Virus record (IMG/VR): IMGVR_UViG_3300010354_000065
Location: 10,808 to 74,807 of that record
Length of the DNA stretch: 64,000 nt
From: a virus
Strand: one strand, 5' to 3'
Positions 20,813 through 31,370 of the stretch are shown piece by piece; positions within the stretch are counted from its first letter, which is position 1; every line of letters starts with the position of its first letter. Below the pieces are notes generated by a model. It did not search any database. It saw only the letters and a list, made by a program, of their open reading frames with translations, and had not been told where the DNA came from. A program made the translations under genes and the position numbers.

Positions 20813-23800
20813 TTAGGTGTTTGAGGTTTCAATGCTATTTATAGCAGTCATAGCAAGGTTTGCTAACGACAATGTGTTAACCTTGCCAAAAGCTCTTGTT
20901 CCTGCAACGTGTGTTATTTGTTTTAAAACATCAAAGTATCTGTCAAAAGGAACTTTTGTTTGTACTTCATAGCTATATTCCTGATAATACTCGTTGTCTT
21001 GTAGCTTTTTATCATCACTTATAAAACCTCTTGTTGATGAATAGTATCCTGCTCCCACCCCTTGTTGACCCAATTCCACAATAGCAGTAACACTAAACAC
21101 CGAACCCTCTTTTGTTAGAGTAACTGTTTCTTGATCAAGATATCCAAACCCTGAATCAGCAACAGCCAACTTTTTAACGACATTATTAGCAGTTTGCACA
21201 TTAGCTTCTATGGCAGCATTGAGGCCGACAGGAATTGTGTTCGCATCCTCGACTATTGAAACAACATTGGCTGTTGTACCCGATGTTCTTCCTATGATAG
21301 CATTGTTCAATAAGAACGTGTTTTCTAAGTTTATACGTTTTAACTTTAATACGCTAGAGTTAGCAGATTTAACTAACGCACGTGCCGTTGTAGCATATGT
21401 TGTAGTTGTTACGGCAGAAACGTTTGATGTAGAACCTGAAGATAAGCCTTTGAGCAGCGTGCTCGATCCTGTTGTATTAACAAATGTACCCGTTGTATTA
21501 ATTAACTTTACGCTGCCGCTACCTGCACTTATAGCTGCTTCTTGAACAAAGCCAGAAGCCGTTGCAGTTGCAGGAGAAGTACCTTGATATACAAACTCAT
21601 TAATAACAAACGTTGAAGTTGATATACCATTAGCAGCTGTTCCGGAGAAGGTATTAACAGTTAACTGTATAGCAGGATTACTATATGACTGTTGTATTTG
21701 TTCGCCAACAACAAAAGCACCCACCGTGTTAGAAACTTGCATAACATAATCACGTGCGTTATACCCAACAACAAACGTGTCAACAACAGTGACGAACGGA
21801 TCAACGTTGTATTCTGAACCCGGATTAACAGCCACAATTGAAGCAATAGAACCTATTGTCGTTGAATCAAATCTCAACGCATCAAGTAATATTGTATCTA
21901 ATGAGGTACCAGGAAATTTGACAAATCCTAAACCTCTAAACATGGGCTCATTGTAACCAACGTTACTATAAGAAGAATTAGCTCCCGTAAGTATTTTCAG
22001 TGGACCATATAAACGATGTCCTGTCTGAGTTAACCCTTTTGTTAATGCAACCCGTGATCCCGTATAGGAGGTCTTTAGTGCTACGTGAGTAGCATTAGCC
22101 TGATCAATGTAGTAAACAGTATTGTTTGATAAACCACCGACAGCTGTATTACCTGAATCAGTGTAGTAAAGTACGGCTGTGTTTGGTACAAAGTCGATAG
22201 CGGTCGTGATTGCTATTGTATTATTAGAGCCAGTTACTCCGGCTCTTGTAAGAGAATGTCCAGTCTGTGTGAGTCCAGCTGTTATATTAATTGGCGCACC
22301 GCCAGAAGTTAATGATAACTGCAGCGTTGTCGATCCTGGTGTTGTGTTTATAACGTAATACGTAGATCCATTTGTCAACCCAGACACTGCTGTGTTTGTT
22401 GGATGAACAGCGTACGTAACAGTTTCGTTGTTACTAAATGGGTGTTTTGTTAGAAGAGTGATAACTTCTGTGGTGTTCGCAACACCGGTGTTTGCATTGA
22501 AGTAAATGGATGAGGGTAGTAATACACCTGTTCCACCCGTACCCCCTGTAACATCCGTATTGGCATTGAAAGTGGTGTTGGTCCCATACCCACCAGCTGA
22601 GACGTTTGAACCTCTTCCATTCAACATTATCCCACTGAAAGCAACATTGCCTGTGTTACGACTTTCAATAAAGTCTGGTGATAATAACACGTTTTCCGTG
22701 TCAGTTAACAAACCAATCTGGAAACCTGCACCTGTACCGGTACTAACGTTAGCAACACGAGCATAAGTGTTCGAAACATCTCCGACAATGTACGTGTATG
22801 GTGATCCTATAAATCCATTAACGCCTATATCAACAACACCTAAGAATCCTGTTGCATATGTAAATGTATGGCCATCTTCATTGCGATTGCTTGAAGATAT
22901 GTTAACAGGAGTGCCATTTCTTGTCGTTGCTAGTTGAAATGTCGCTGCTGTAGTATTAACTACGTAATAGGGGCGACCATTTACTAGTCCGTCAATAGCC
23001 GAATTTCCTGTCGCAACGCTGTAACGAACAACATAGTTATTTTCAAACGTGTGATTGCTTATTGTGATTGTATCGTTTGTATTTGATACGTCTGTTTGAG
23101 CATTGAAGGAAAAAGACGTGTAGGTTGCGTTTGAACCTGTCGTGTTACCTGTAGCTGTTCTATCCGTATAACCACTAATAACAGCTGTGCCATATGTTTT
23201 GATTAAATCATGCCCGGTTTCATTGCCACCTCTTGTCATTGATATAGTAGCACCACCTGGTGTAGACGACAAATAAAGAGATGTAGACCCTTGCACCGTA
23301 TTGACAACGTAATAAGCTACACCAATTTGTAGTTCAGCAATTGCTGTATTACCACTACGCACATGATAACGTACAAGATCGTTGTTACTGAAGTCATGAG
23401 CTTCAGTTGTGTTGATTCTGTTTCCACCAGATGTATACAATCCCGTATAAGAAAGTGTATAATTACCGGTAAAACCACCATAAACTCCAGTAAATGAAGC
23501 TGTGAATCCACCTGTGAATGATGGCGTGTACGTGCCTGTGAAGGATCCGGTGAACAATCCAGCAAAAGCTTTCGTATAAGCATCGCGTGTGTACACGCCT
23601 GTGAATGAATTATACGTTCCTGAAAAACTTGGAGCAAATGCTCCTGTAAATGACCCAGAGCTAGTAAATGTCGTTGTGAAAAACCCTGTATAAGTTGTGT
23701 TATAAGAGCCCGAAAAGCTTTGATTGAAAACACCTGTGAAGGTTGGTGTGAACGCACCTGTAAACGACTGAGAGAAGGTACCGGTAAAAAGACGTGAATA

Positions 23801-26230
23801 TCCACCAGTGAAAGCTCCGTATACCCCCGTAAACGTTCCCGTAAACGTCCTGCTAAAACCTCCTGTAAACGTTTGCGAATATGAAGCATTGAACGTACCT
23901 GTGTAGAGATTATTATAAGTTCCCGAGAACACATTGTACAGACCTGTATATTGGCTTGTAAATACCTTTGTGTAATCTCCAGTAAACACCTGTGAGAAAG
24001 TACCTGTCCACTCATTGGTAAACGTACTACTATAATTTCCAACATATACGGCACTATACGTGCCTGTCCAAGCTGATGTATATGAGTTAGTATACACAGA
24101 AGAGAAGGTAGTACCAAGATTATACGTTCCTGCGTATGTACTTGTATATGCAGAGGTAAAGGTACCCGTGTAGTTACCGGTAAAGGTTTGTAAATACGCA
24201 CCCGTGAATCCCTGACCTATGAAATATGATACACCACCTGTGTAAGGAGAAGGGGTTCCTGTAAAAACAGGATAATTTAAATATGAACCGCTGTAGGTCG
24301 TTGTATATACTGCAGAAATGTATTCTTTGACATTGAATGCGCCGGTAAACACACCATAAGAAACACCGCTGTACGGGTTAACGTACGACCCCGGATAAGT
24401 GCCCTGATAGCTTCCTACAAACGATCCCGTAAAGTACCCAGCATAATAACCGACATACGCTACACCATTGAAAGGGCTAACGCGTGAGCCTGTAAAATGA
24501 CTCACATATGCACCAGCGTACGTTCCTTGATATGTTCCTACAAATATACCGGGAACTGCTGATCCTGTGAAACTTTTTGTAAACGGTGCTGGGCCTGCAT
24601 ATGATGCACCTGTATAAGGATGCACGTAATTGATTGCTGAAGGAGCATACGCTCCTGTGTAAGAATTTACATAAAGACCTAAAAACCCAGCTGTTGTATA
24701 TGTGCCAGTATATGCACCCGTGTAGGCCAATCCTGAATATGGAACAGAACCATAACTTCCTACAAAATTACGGGTGAAATTTGAAATACCGCTCGTTGTA
24801 AAGGCTCGAGAAAATATACGTGAAAACGATCCACCGTAAGTAGATGAATACACTCCGGAAAATGAACCAGAAGCAAAACTTGCCGTCCACGCTCCTGTGT
24901 ATGTACCACCATATGTTGCTGTATATAAATTACCATAAGCACCGGAGAAGTTACCTGTGTAAATATTACTAAAATAATTAGTAAAGTTGCCTGTGTAGGC
25001 ACCGGTGTATACTTTAGAGTAAGATGCAGTGAAGGTGTTGTATGCAAATCCAACTAAAGAAGCATTGAATGATGATACATCCGGATCTTCTGAACGGATA
25101 GCAAATGTTGTATCCTGTGCTGCAATGTTCCCAACATTCGGAACAACAATTAAATACCCAGTCGTATTTGTTGTCTTGTTTGAGACAGCTATTGTAGCGT
25201 TCGCAACAACGCTTCCGTTAGCTGCATAGTTTTCTACAACAGCACCTGCATCAAAAAAGAAGTTATTTCCTTTTGCGGATATGTAAGCAATGTTCGTTAA
25301 CGGCTGAGTTACTGTCTCAAATTGGCTAAACGTGTTTATAGAACCATTGCCATTAATGATATTCGTTAATGTTAAAACTTTTTCTGAAACAATAACATTA
25401 GCGTGGTCTATACTGTATCCCCAACCACCACTCGTCAAAGCATTAATATAAATGAACGATACTTTACCTGTCTCATTTGAAACTTCTGTAACGCGTGCTT
25501 TTCCTTGTTTACCGTTAGAAGACGATACACTAAAAATATCTCCAACAGCAAATTCAGCACCGCCATCAAGCACCGTTAGAGATGTCATTGATCCAATAAC
25601 AGTTGGGGCATTTTCAAACGTTGTGTCTGCTGTTGATGTTATTAGTTCGCCAGTTTGAAATTTACCACGTAGATTACTTAAATAGGCTACTTGCTGATAC
25701 TTACCAGCAATACGACGAGTTACAAGACTTTCTAGAAAGGCTTTTGCTCCGCTTCGGGATCCAACTATTTCTTTGCCTACAAACGCTTGAGTGCGTTCAC
25801 TAACAGTCAGCTCAAGGTAAATTGGTTTGACCCATGTACCATCAGAACTCTTAAAAATATCCTCACCAGGAAAAGTAACTGTTGCTTCTTCGTTGAACAG
25901 ACCTTGAATTAAAAGCTGAACACCGCGCTCTGTGCCTTTTGATTTGTAAATATCAGAAGCATGCTTGATTAAAAACTGAGAGTTTGCTTCTGAACTTAGA
26001 GGAACTCCCGCAAGATATTTGTTTGTAAAATACTTTACAAAATCAGGCGAGGTTGCATCAATATTTCTATAGTCTAGTAAGTTTCTGGAAGCGTTTAAAG
26101 CTTCTCCCTCAGACTCCATCCACCTGTAATATTCTTTAACAAAACTAACAAAGCGAGGACCTTCATCCCTATAAAAATCAGGGAAGTGGGCTTCAACTAA
26201 AGGGAAAACTAATTCTTCTATTTGTTTCAT
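20813..26230 (-). CDS. gp7: baseplate wedge initiator gp7-like protein with large insertions
   Basis: FPDFYRDE, FVKEYYRWME, YKSKGTE, C-terminal LQDNEYYQEYSYE..HVAGTRAFG; lies between gp6 and gp8. Confidence 0.75.
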   Translation of the reverse strand: MKQIEELVFPLVEAHFPDFYRDEGPRFVSFVKEYYRWMESEGEALNASRNLLDYRNIDATSPDFVKYFTNKYLAGVPLSSEANSQFLIKHASDIYKSKGTERGVQLLIQGLFNEEATVTFPGEDIFKSSDGTWVKPIYLELTVSERTQAFVGKEIVGSRSGAKAFLESLVTRRIAGKYQQVAYLSNLRGKFQTGELITSTADTTFENAPTVIGSMTSLTVLDGGAEFAVGDIFSVSSSNGKQGKARVTEVSNETGKVSFIYINALTSGGWGYSIDHANVIVSEKVLTLTNIINGNGSINTFSQFETVTQPLTNIAYISAKGNNFFFDAGAVVENYAANGSVVANATIAVSNKTTNTTGYLIVVPNVGNIAAQDTTFAIRSEDPDVSSFNASLVGFAYNTFTASYSKVYTGAYTGNFTNYFSNIYTGNFSGAYGNLYTATYGGTYTGAWTASFASGSFSGVYSSTYGGSFSRIFSRAFTTSGISNFTRNFVGSYGSVPYSGLAYTGAYTGTYTTAGFLGLYVNSYTGAYAPSAINYVHPYTGASYAGPAPFTKSFTGSAVPGIFVGTYQGTYAGAYVSHFTGSRVSPFNGVAYVGYYAGYFTGSFVGSYQGTYPGSYVNPYSGVSYGVFTGAFNVKEYISAVYTTTYSGSYLNYPVFTGTPSPYTGGVSYFIGQGFTGAYLQTFTGNYTGTFTSAYTSTYAGTYNLGTTFSSVYTNSYTSAWTGTYSAVYVGNYSSTFTNEWTGTFSQVFTGDYTKVFTSQYTGLYNVFSGTYNNLYTGTFNASYSQTFTGGFSRTFTGTFTGVYGAFTGGYSRLFTGTFSQSFTGAFTPTFTGVFNQSFSGSYNTTYTGFFTTTFTSSGSFTGAFAPSFSGTYNSFTGVYTRDAYTKAFAGLFTGSFTGTYTPSFTGGFTASFTGVYGGFTGNYTLSYTGLYTSGGNRINTTEAHDFSNNDLVRYHVRSGNTAIAELQIGVAYYVVNTVQGSTSLYLSSTPGGATISMTRGGNETGHDLIKTYGTAVISGYTDRTATGNTTGSNATYTSFSFNAQTDVSNTNDTITISNHTFENNYVVRYSVATGNSAIDGLVNGRPYYVVNTTAATFQLATTRNGTPVNISSSNRNEDGHTFTYATGFLGVVDIGVNGFIGSPYTYIVGDVSNTYARVANVSTGTGAGFQIGLLTDTENVLLSPDFIESRNTGNVAFSGIMLNGRGSNVSAGGYGTNTTFNANTDVTGGTGGTGVLLPSSIYFNANTGVANTTEVITLLTKHPFSNNETVTYAVHPTNTAVSGLTNGSTYYVINTTPGSTTLQLSLTSGGAPINITAGLTQTGHSLTRAGVTGSNNTIAITTAIDFVPNTAVLYYTDSGNTAVGGLSNNTVYYIDQANATHVALKTSYTGSRVALTKGLTQTGHRLYGPLKILTGANSSYSNVGYNEPMFRGLGFVKFPGTSLDTILLDALRFDSTTIGSIASIVAVNPGSEYNVDPFVTVVDTFVVGYNARDYVMQVSNTVGAFVVGEQIQQSYSNPAIQLTVNTFSGTAANGISTSTFVINEFVYQGTSPATATASGFVQEAAISAGSGSVKLINTTGTFVNTTGSSTLLKGLSSGSTSNVSAVTTTTYATTARALVKSANSSVLKLKRINLENTFLLNNAIIGRTSGTTANVVSIVEDANTIPVGLNAAIEANVQTANNVVKKLAVADSGFGYLDQETVTLTKEGSVFSVTAIVELGQQGVGAGYYSSTRGFISDDKKLQDNEYYQEYSYEVQTKVPFDRYFDVLKQITHVAGTRAFGKVNTLSLANLAMTAINSIETSNT
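23430..25043 (-). repeat. about 540-aa [FY]-x-G-x repeat insert inside the gp7-like protein
   Basis: same tetrapeptide periodicity and P[YF][TSN]G turn motifs as 555..5945 and 5952..8813. Confidence 0.85.
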
Positions 26231-28014
26231 TCTTTGACACCAACAGCTGTAACAACCACATCCAGCGGGTCAATAGCCAGTATTGTATTTGTTTTACTTT
26301 GTATGTTTTTTGAACTTGTCTTAAAACGAAGCTCAATATAATTACCCTCATAAGCACTTATATTGAAAGAATCACTTACTGTTAATTGACCTGTTTCGTA
26401 GTTTATACTGCCAACAGATTTCAGTACACGTATGGTCAGAGCCTCTTGTAGTGCAATGTAAACGCTTCCTAGAGAATCATCAATCAGAACACACCTTGAG
26501 CCATCATAAGTGAACGATGAGCTCGTGAGAGTGTGTCCAAAATGGGTTTCTGATGTGGTTAACTTTTTACCTGTCTCTGTTTGCAATTTGTTACTAACAG
26601 TTGTTGTGAAAGGATATCCCTCATTTAACCTAGGCGTAATACGTTTAATAAGTGTCAATTCCGTGTCATTGCTTACTACGCTTGCGTCTGAGGCATCAAT
26701 TGCTTTGACGAGGTTACTGTAATGTAAAGTCTTTTTGAAATCAGATAAGTTTTGTTGGTTGAAACCACTGATGGCTGCTTTAGCGCTTGTTTCTATATCA
26801 CTTGATGTTTTGTTCGTAATATTTGTGTTGAAATAAACAGTTGTTTGTACATCAACATAGAGGAATTCAGGATCGACAAACACCACTTGCATACTCAATG
26901 GTGTTTTATCTTTAATGTAGTTATGGTAAGCCTGTTTACGTAACTCCGGAGCTCCATCAGCTTCAGCTACATCAACACAAACAAACACTTTACCATATTG
27001 AGGAGGCGTAGCTTCCTCACCACCATACACACTTATTGCTTGAATATCCGAAAACTGTGCTTTTAATAACGTCTCATAATCTGAAGCGGTAACCGCTCTG
27101 TTTTGTGATTGAAATGAACGAGGTGCGTTATATCTAATAGATTCTGTAGTCTCAGCTACAGAACCTCCACTAGCAGAAGTAACTGTTGTCACCGACACAT
27201 TAGAGTGTCCATCTATTGGACCATCTTCTTGAAACACTCTTGCTCCGTTTGGTAGTTCACCTGAGCATGCACGATATTTCACAACAACAGTAGACCCGTC
27301 TTTCGGACGTCTGCCGAAAACATTATCACCAAAAATTATTTCATATTGTTGATTTTGTGCTGCTTGTAAAAAGAATACTCGTGATGATTCTGTAATATTA
27401 TACAGTTGCGAAGCAAATGTGTATGTTAAAGTAGTCTGACCACCATCCTCGTACACAGTGACATCAAGAGAAGAAGTATCAATAGTTGGATTTGATAATA
27501 CAAATCGCTGTGAGGTGTTTGAATAATTTAAAACAAAAGCTTCTGTTTTTATTGCGCCTTCATAAACATCCATTGTCTGTACAAAACTTGCTCCGTTTGC
27601 GGAAAGTACGTACGATTCGTTTGTGACGAAGGTATAATTATTTGAACCCACTCGTGAGCTAAAAGATGTATACTTTGGAACATACACCGAAGCAGCACCT
27701 GAAGATGGCGTAACATTTATTGTTATTGTTGCTTTAGCCGAGTTAAACGAGCGTGGTGTATAGTTTAATTCTTTCGCATGAGAAACAACGCTGTCCCGGA
27801 GCTGGGCCGTGTCCAAAAACATCTCACTTGCTACCATATTAGTGTAGAAAGCATTTAAATATGCATTGTATGCGAGGACGTCTAACAACACATTCATATT
27901 AGACCCTTCATAATTCAGGTCTTTGAACTGTGTGTTATTTTTTAAGAATGTTTTTAGATTGTTTTTTAGACTTGCAAAATCTAAACCAACCAAGTCTATG
28001 TTTGTGTTGGCCAT
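26227..28014 (-). CDS. gp6: baseplate wedge subunit gp6
   Basis: LDFASLKNNL, EGSNMNVLLDVLAYN, EMFLDTAQLRDSVVSHAKELNYTPRS, QNRAVTASDY. Confidence 0.92.
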   Translation of the reverse strand: MANTNIDLVGLDFASLKNNLKTFLKNNTQFKDLNYEGSNMNVLLDVLAYNAYLNAFYTNMVASEMFLDTAQLRDSVVSHAKELNYTPRSFNSAKATITINVTPSSGAASVYVPKYTSFSSRVGSNNYTFVTNESYVLSANGASFVQTMDVYEGAIKTEAFVLNYSNTSQRFVLSNPTIDTSSLDVTVYEDGGQTTLTYTFASQLYNITESSRVFFLQAAQNQQYEIIFGDNVFGRRPKDGSTVVVKYRACSGELPNGARVFQEDGPIDGHSNVSVTTVTSASGGSVAETTESIRYNAPRSFQSQNRAVTASDYETLLKAQFSDIQAISVYGGEEATPPQYGKVFVCVDVAEADGAPELRKQAYHNYIKDKTPLSMQVVFVDPEFLYVDVQTTVYFNTNITNKTSSDIETSAKAAISGFNQQNLSDFKKTLHYSNLVKAIDASDASVVSNDTELTLIKRITPRLNEGYPFTTTVSNKLQTETGKKLTTSETHFGHTLTSSSFTYDGSRCVLIDDSLGSVYIALQEALTIRVLKSVGSINYETGQLTVSDSFNISAYEGNYIELRFKTSSKNIQSKTNTILAIDPLDVVVTAVGVKE

Positions 28015-28442
28015 TATCGGATCCTATTTAAAACTAGCTCAAGAACAACGGGCTCGGAATTATTTATTACACGGAAAACTATAGTTACATATGCCTGATG
28101 CTCATCGACCTCAAGGTTTGTTATAACATCTAAAACGTTTGCTCGGGGTTCGTAGTTCTCAATGGTTTTTTTAACGTAGTCAGATACTATTTGCTCTGTC
28201 GCCGGTCCAGCATTCTCAAACAACAAAGCTCTTATGTCGCTTCCTAACGAATTATTAAAGAGGCGGTCTCCTCTATTTGTTAACAAAAGATTACGGATAG
28301 AACTCTTCACAGCATCCTCGTTTACAAGACGAGCTATGTCTCGTGTTGTTTCATAAGAAACAAAATCAGTAAAAAAGTCAGAATATAATTCTTGTTTTAA
28401 CCTTATAGGGGTAAATGCTTGTTTTTGAGTAACTAACGCCAT
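28014..28442 (-). CDS. gp25: baseplate wedge subunit gp25
   Basis: YSD, NEDAVKSSIRNLLLT.RGDR.F, IENYEPRA, LNRIR. Confidence 0.92.
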   Translation of the reverse strand: MALVTQKQAFTPIRLKQELYSDFFTDFVSYETTRDIARLVNEDAVKSSIRNLLLTNRGDRLFNNSLGSDIRALLFENAGPATEQIVSDYVKKTIENYEPRANVLDVITNLEVDEHQAYVTIVFRVINNSEPVVLELVLNRIR

Positions 28443-28457
28443 TACTTTTCCTTACTG

Positions 28458-29279
28458 TTAACCTGAAGGACCGCCTGTTGAACTGGGTCCACCCTGTACG
28501 CCTGTGTGGGTGTGAGTAGACAGTCCCACTCCTGCCCCAGTTATTGTTCCTGATGCTGTTATGCTTGATGGTGTTGTTATACTACCTGACACTTTCAGTT
28601 GTCCGTTAATTTGCACTATTGGTGTTGTTATAGTTACCGATTGTGGCGAAGTTACAGATATAGAACCACGTGCTTCAATATTAATATTGCCTTGTACAAA
28701 AAGCGTTTTATCTTTCACTACTATTTCGAAATCATCTCCAACGATTTTGCTTACTTTCCTACCATCTACGTTAATCTCTTCATACGTTCCAGAGCGATGA
28801 TAGTTATGAATACGCTGTGCGTTGGGTGTATCATCTACCTCAAACACATGCCCAGATTCTGTTCTTACAACCTTATTGTAAGGAAATTTGGCTGCAAATG
28901 CTGAAGGTGGCTCTGGTCCAGTCTGTTCTTTATTTATTAACGGCTGATCAGATGCAAGTTGTGGAATATCTCCGATCCCTGGAATTGATCCAAATATAAC
29001 AGGTATATTTGCTTCACGGCCGTCTAAGAAAAACCCTAAAACAGTTGACCCCACTGCTAATCCTGTTGCAGATATACCAACTTGCTTTAGGCTTGCACTA
29101 ATAGGCGGTAAAATGACAGTCGCCCAGGGCAAATTCTCTGTTGGAGCATTTGCTTTGTTTTCATCATGGAGATTGTAAACCCTAACACGAACTCTGCCTC
29201 TTTTTTCAGGATCGTCACGGTCTTCAACTATACCAATAAACCACTTGAAACCCTCTTCACCTATAATTTTTGTTGTCAT
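28458..29279 (-). CDS. gp5: baseplate central spike gp5 (OB-fold plus beta-helix, no lysozyme domain)
   Basis: WFIGIVEDRDDPEKRGRVRVR, LPWA, GFFLDG, PYNKV..TESGHVFEVDDTP, C-terminal THTH apex. Confidence 0.9.
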   Translation of the reverse strand: MTTKIIGEEGFKWFIGIVEDRDDPEKRGRVRVRVYNLHDENKANAPTENLPWATVILPPISASLKQVGISATGLAVGSTVLGFFLDGREANIPVIFGSIPGIGDIPQLASDQPLINKEQTGPEPPSAFAAKFPYNKVVRTESGHVFEVDDTPNAQRIHNYHRSGTYEEINVDGRKVSKIVGDDFEIVVKDKTLFVQGNINIEARGSISVTSPQSVTITTPIVQINGQLKVSGSITTPSSITASGTITGAGVGLSTHTHTGVQGGPSSTGGPSG

Positions 29280-29280
29280 C

Positions 29281-30525
29281 TTATGATCCTAGCTGCACGC
29301 AATCAAAAACAATCCGATGTTTTGATGCATTTTGAAACGTAATCATATGTCTGAGTCTTACAATTAAGTAATCACCAGTACGAACTTTATCTAACTTCTT
29401 TTGAGCTGATAAACCATCAATTTCAGGCATGTTCAATCGGACCACGTGGCCTACAGCTAATCCACTGTCTCCTGGCACCATAACACGTGTTACATCGTCA
29501 TTTAACAACAATGAGAAAGAGTTTTTACCTGCTAGATTTTCCAAGACAAAAATAGGGGGACGTGATGTATCTTTCACACCAAAAAGAATTTGTGGTACGT
29601 TTTGTGCAAACTCATTCATCCATTCGCCTGAGTTTGGCCTGGCTTTCTTTTTATCAGGGGCAAACGAGGAAAACATTTCCTCTAAATTAAAATCTATTGT
29701 CTCAATATTTTTTGTTGCAAGATCAAACATTTGGGTTTTCATTCGGTAAGCACCCTGTTGAAGCTTACGATAAGATTCGCCGTTATAAACTAGCTGATAA
29801 TCTAAAATAGCTCGAAATGACTCCACCTCTTTTTGAGGAGATCCCATTGGATTCTGTTTGAAAGTAAAATCGCGTCCGGTTGACTCAACTTCTTTGAGGC
29901 CCCTCTCGAATAACCCTTTTATAGTTGTGAAATTGAACCCATATTGATTTTCAAAAAAGACATAAGGAGACATTTTATGTTCCGCGCCAACAGCTCGTTG
30001 TCTCAAAAAATCTATTGCTGCAAGGGGCTTTAGTTTTGGAAAGTTTAAAAGTTCGTTGCCAACAGTTGGCTCTTGATAAAATTTCTTTTTTGTAGAGAGA
30101 GAATTAACCAATATTCTTTGAACCATGTCGCTTATCAAACCGCTCATGTGAGAACGTATAGTTGAAGTGTTATTCAAATGCTCTTCACTTACACAATGTA
30201 ACGTGTATGTGATACCTTTGCTGTTTCTGAAAGGTTCGACATTTGTTACTTGAAAACATCTAAAAATAAATGTTGAAGGCTCTGTAATACCAGGTGTCTC
30301 GATTGTCAACTCTACCTTCTCTTCACCTATTATAGGTAACTTTGTTAAAAGATCGAGAGCATCAACAACTTCAATGGTAGCATACAGGGTTGGTTTCGTA
30401 ACGTCTTCGTAAATATCAATAGTCAGTAACTGACTCATATCAAATATACCACCATCCCCTTTATGGGTTTGAATGGAGAGGTTTATTACCTTTACATCAT
30501 TAGTCTTATAACTATATTGTGTCAT
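29281..30525 (-). CDS. baseplate hub protein gp27-like
   Basis: IYED, LPIIGEE, YVFFEN..GFNF, PGDSGL.VG, GDYLI..LRH motifs; lies between gp53 and gp5. Confidence 0.7.
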   Translation of the reverse strand: MTQYSYKTNDVKVINLSIQTHKGDGGIFDMSQLLTIDIYEDVTKPTLYATIEVVDALDLLTKLPIIGEEKVELTIETPGITEPSTFIFRCFQVTNVEPFRNSKGITYTLHCVSEEHLNNTSTIRSHMSGLISDMVQRILVNSLSTKKKFYQEPTVGNELLNFPKLKPLAAIDFLRQRAVGAEHKMSPYVFFENQYGFNFTTIKGLFERGLKEVESTGRDFTFKQNPMGSPQKEVESFRAILDYQLVYNGESYRKLQQGAYRMKTQMFDLATKNIETIDFNLEEMFSSFAPDKKKARPNSGEWMNEFAQNVPQILFGVKDTSRPPIFVLENLAGKNSFSLLLNDDVTRVMVPGDSGLAVGHVVRLNMPEIDGLSAQKKLDKVRTGDYLIVRLRHMITFQNASKHRIVFDCVQLGS

Positions 30526-31370
30526 GACGTCATCAAATCCTTCATATCCTTTTCAATTTGATTGACGTATGCACTGCTCAAAAGAACAATATGTCTCTTT
30601 GCCTCATTCAATTCAAACTCAACATCGTATTGACTCACTGATGTCCAATATGTTTGCTCTTCGGGACTTATAGGCGTTGCTATAGTACTAACACTAGTTA
30701 TAGTAGCGTTAGCAGCTGCATCAGTCGTCATATGATAAACAGCCGTGTTTGCTTGCCAGGTTCCGGATACATGCTTTATAACAAGGTTGGTACTATTGGC
30801 AAAAGAAATACTACCTGTTACAGATGATGACTGTTTAATCATATCATTTTCTGTGAAAGTGCCAAACGTTCCTGTCAGCGACACAATCTTATTGGTTTCA
30901 ACAGCGTCAGAAAGTTCTTTACGCTCATAGTTGATAACACGGTTATTGTAACTAAGGATAGGAGCCCAGTATTGTTTTTGTACTGTTCCCAAAGCGTCAT
31001 ACGCTGAGGTTGAAATAACTCGGTCGTCTGTTTCGTGATTCACACGATAGTACGCAATCTGCTGTTGTGCATTTGCAATGCTACCGTATTTGGCAGTGAT
31101 AAAACTCTCAAAAATATCCTGTGATTTTGGCCACTGATGCAACGGATCGGTAATATTATTGCTAAGATATATAATCCAATCGTACGTGGAATCGTTGTAA
31201 TACTGTTCAGCTATTTGATCTGCTCGTTGACCGTCTTGTACTTGATATGGCAAAAATAAAGCAAGATTTTTTGCAACACTTTCCTCAAATCTGATGCGTG
31301 CAATAATATTTGTAGCAACTGTGTTACTATGAAAGAGCGTAGGGAAGTATTTAAAAAAACCTGACATCAC
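30522..31370 (-). CDS. gp53: baseplate wedge subunit gp53
   Basis: FFKYFP, LysM-like YQVQDGQRADQIAEQYY, WIIYLSNNI.DP..QWP, ELNEAKRHI. Confidence 0.9.
   Translation of the reverse strand: MMSGFFKYFPTLFHSNTVATNIIARIRFEESVAKNLALFLPYQVQDGQRADQIAEQYYNDSTYDWIIYLSNNITDPLHQWPKSQDIFESFITAKYGSIANAQQQIAYYRVNHETDDRVISTSAYDALGTVQKQYWAPILSYNNRVINYERKELSDAVETNKIVSLTGTFGTFTENDMIKQSSSVTGSISFANSTNLVIKHVSGTWQANTAVYHMTTDAAANATITSVSTIATPISPEEQTYWTSVSQYDVEFELNEAKRHIVLLSSAYVNQIEKDMKDLMTS

Noticed and set aside
23317-24201. 294-aa alternative-frame ORF in the gp7-like insert
   Set aside because: Shadow of the repeat tract; the main frame is continuous
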